DNA of 64,000 nucleotides from Callorhinchus milii. Lineage: Eukaryota. The notes under the pieces were generated by a model. That model had not been told where the DNA came from. It saw only the letters and a program-made list of their open reading frames with translations, and did no database searches. The stretch lies in NCBI RefSeq assembly GCF_018977255.1, contig NW_024704742.1, forward strand, positions 131,256,001 to 131,320,000, written 5' to 3'. Both the position numbers and the translations under genes were made by a program. Below, piece after piece: positions 61,549 to 64,000 of this stretch (the first letter of the stretch is position 1; every line of letters begins with the position of its first letter).

Positions 61549-64000
61549 CTATACAAATGTAATTTGTTGTTGTGTAAGATGTGTTGTTCCGCCAGTCAAT
61601 GAGCTGATGTAATGAGTCAGACACCATCACTACTCCTTAGCCTATTGATCTCAAGCTGCTGAGAGGACTCCTGACAAGGCTCAATCCAGTCTGTACCCAT
61701 CAACTGATCTGGGCCCACATCTTAAATCCTGGAGTAAGGAAACTTGCCTGACGTTTCATCCCACTCACCCAGAAACGCTCGCTTGCGAGGCGAGTTTGAG
61801 ATTACTGGTATATTTGAGATTAGCAACTGCCTTGTTGAGCTACCACTGAAGGCCAGCAAGAATGCTTTCCATATGAAATCCAAAAAATAAAAATAAAAAG
61901 CAGGAGATAAAAAAAAATTCCCTTTGCGAAGAAGCTACAGTAAACTAGCTGACCATCAGGCAACAATGAATCGAGAGTATAAGTTTAATTCACAAAGCAC
62001 CTATTTTGTTAAATTTGGGCTTACACTGGGTTTTAGTTCAACTTTCTGACAAACATAAACATTCATACTATTGACACATCAAAGATAATGCTGATACTTA
62101 TTTATTATTATTATTATTATACTATCACTCGCGGGTGATGGACGATGTTTACCGTGTTCCAGAACATTCAGATCTTTTTAGTCAATGCCGTTATAAAGGT
62201 AACGAGAGGCCTGACATATTCCCTGAAACACTGGCGTCAAAAATTGAAACCCGCTGGGCAGAGCAGACCCTCTGTCTCTGCCTGGTCCTGTAGCAAAACA
62301 CAGTTGTCAGTGACTGAATGTCTGTGTAAGTCAATGTGACAAAGACAAAGACAACATATGTGTCTATGTGTAGGTGTTGCTGCACTCACGCTATTTTCCA
62401 CCTCAAATTCAACGCTGAAACTGTTCTCCATAAGGCGCTTGTTTCAAACCCTGGGAATGTTACAGAAACTCTGGCACACATGGAAAACAATGCAAGATGC
62501 AAAGTGATGATTATCATTTCTTCCCACTCTCCGCGCCCCACCACCACCCCCTTGGTTTTCATGTTTTCTCTGTTACTGAGGAAGCCAAACACATTGCTCA
62601 TTATACAACAAGGAGTACTAATAGTACTAGATGAGCACATCATTTATAAAGTAATGCAAAGACTATTTCTGCAATTGCACCAAATTCCTAGTCACTACTA
62701 CTGAAGGTAAGGCTCGCTGCAAGGAAGTGATGGTTAGTGTACTCAAGCCAGGGGAGCACAGTGCAGGCACAGAATAAAGCTCCCTCCTTCTAAAAATAAA
62801 TATGTTTATTTCCCTTTTTAACTGTCCTGTGCGTGTCTGAATGAGATTAGCAGCTTATATAGAGTGATACGGCAAAGAAATATGCCATTCGGCCTAACTA
62901 GGCCGTGCCAAGCCCAACTAGTCCATGCAATGCAGTAAGTCCAATTTACTGTTGAATTAAGGATGGTTTTGTCTTGTGAATCCATACTCTCTAAGAAATA
63001 ACTGGAGCTAATGCAAGCTTCTTGAAGTCTGGTTGCAAAACTCTAACGTGTAGCGACTGTCTGTAATTTGCAGCAAACGTGGCAGCCAATTTGTGAACAG
63101 CAACGTCCCACAAACAACCATGAATCAATTTTAATCAATTTTATCTGGGTGGGATCATTCGTCAGGGCAACCAGGAGAAACTCCCTTTCTCTGTGAGAAG
63201 GAGGAATGGGTGGGGGAGAGTGAAAGGAAGTGAAAAAGAGAAAAAAAGAGTTTGAAGACGAGGAGGTGGGGGGGAGGGATAGAAGATGAAAGATTCAAAG
63301 GAGTGAAACTGCGACGGGGAGGTACATATTTTATTATAAGTTATAGCTTTCAAGTTAGATTTATTACTTTATTAATCAAAGTCAATTTCTATGAAGTAAT
63401 CCACTGATGTAAGAAAAAGACGCTGAATCAGTCTTTTTTACCCCCATCAATATGATCCAGGGTTTGTACTGTACACCAGGCCTTTCATTCTGGATTTAAT
63501 CCAAATCTAAAACGAATTCTCACTAAGAGTCCTAGTTGAAATCATTTGCATTGGCTTTTTGGTTCCTTTCTTGGGCATTAACATTGATGTAACGTGAGAG
63601 AGAGAGAGAGCTACCGGGGCAACTGTAGCAAAGACAGGCATCTCGAGAATTTGACACCAGAACACAGCAAAAATTGGAGAAATTGTATTGGGTGACTAAC
63701 ACACGTTTGCTAGAGTCCAATGCATATCCTTCAACTCTGGCTCAGTAAATGATGTACAACATATGTAGTTTTACATATACTGTAGAGCCAGCACGGAAGC
63801 AGAACATTCTAGTCCTTGCCGGTGTTTATACTCCACATAGGTCTGACGTCTTTGTGCAGGTTATATAATTCCTCCTAAAATTGAGGGAGTATAACCATCC
63901 CATAGGCAGAAGAAGCAGTGTGGAAAACTTTGGCAGATAGATACAAAGTAGTGGGCTAATAGTAATAATCATCATCATCATTATCATCTTTGCCTTTGAT

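Noticed and set aside
62145..62704. Possible exon in unique sequence (minus-strand acceptor near 62290)
   Set aside because: All three frames hit stops before a plausible donor; no recognisable protein
1..64000. Strand bias of retroelements as a clue to a host transcript
   Set aside because: Copies occur on both strands; I could not establish a convincing bias by eye

Overview
This is a repeat-dense, non-coding vertebrate window, probably a gene desert or a large intron. I could not support any host protein-coding exon. The repeat inventory points to a cartilaginous fish, most plausibly a chimaera/elephant-shark-type genome; that is an inference from recalled repeat families, not a database result. 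The inventory is L2-clade and CR1-clade LINE remnants, a Deu-domain tRNA-SINE of the SacSINE1 type, a second tRNA-Ala-like SINE, and a Penelope-type pLTR fragment. The protein-like ORFs in the six-frame track that I could recognise are all broken LINE ORF2 pieces (L2 at 3079-5614; CR1 at 39090-41089 and 58065-59447). Most notable: (1) a 233-bp palindromic insertion at 61316-61548, flanked by a perfect 13-bp target-site duplication, carrying two tail-to-tail minimal hammerhead-ribozyme motifs; (2) a 3' stem-loop shared by two L2 subfamilies and both SINE families, with compensatory base changes; (3) deep, TSD-resolved nesting of retroelements; (4) several small unnamed inverted-repeat (MITE-like) and dispersed repeat families; (5) locally templated insertions; (6) a motif-spacer minisatellite; (7) repeat-free, homeodomain/Meis/Pbx-motif-rich islands that look like candidate conserved enhancers. 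Coordinates of degraded repeats are approximate.
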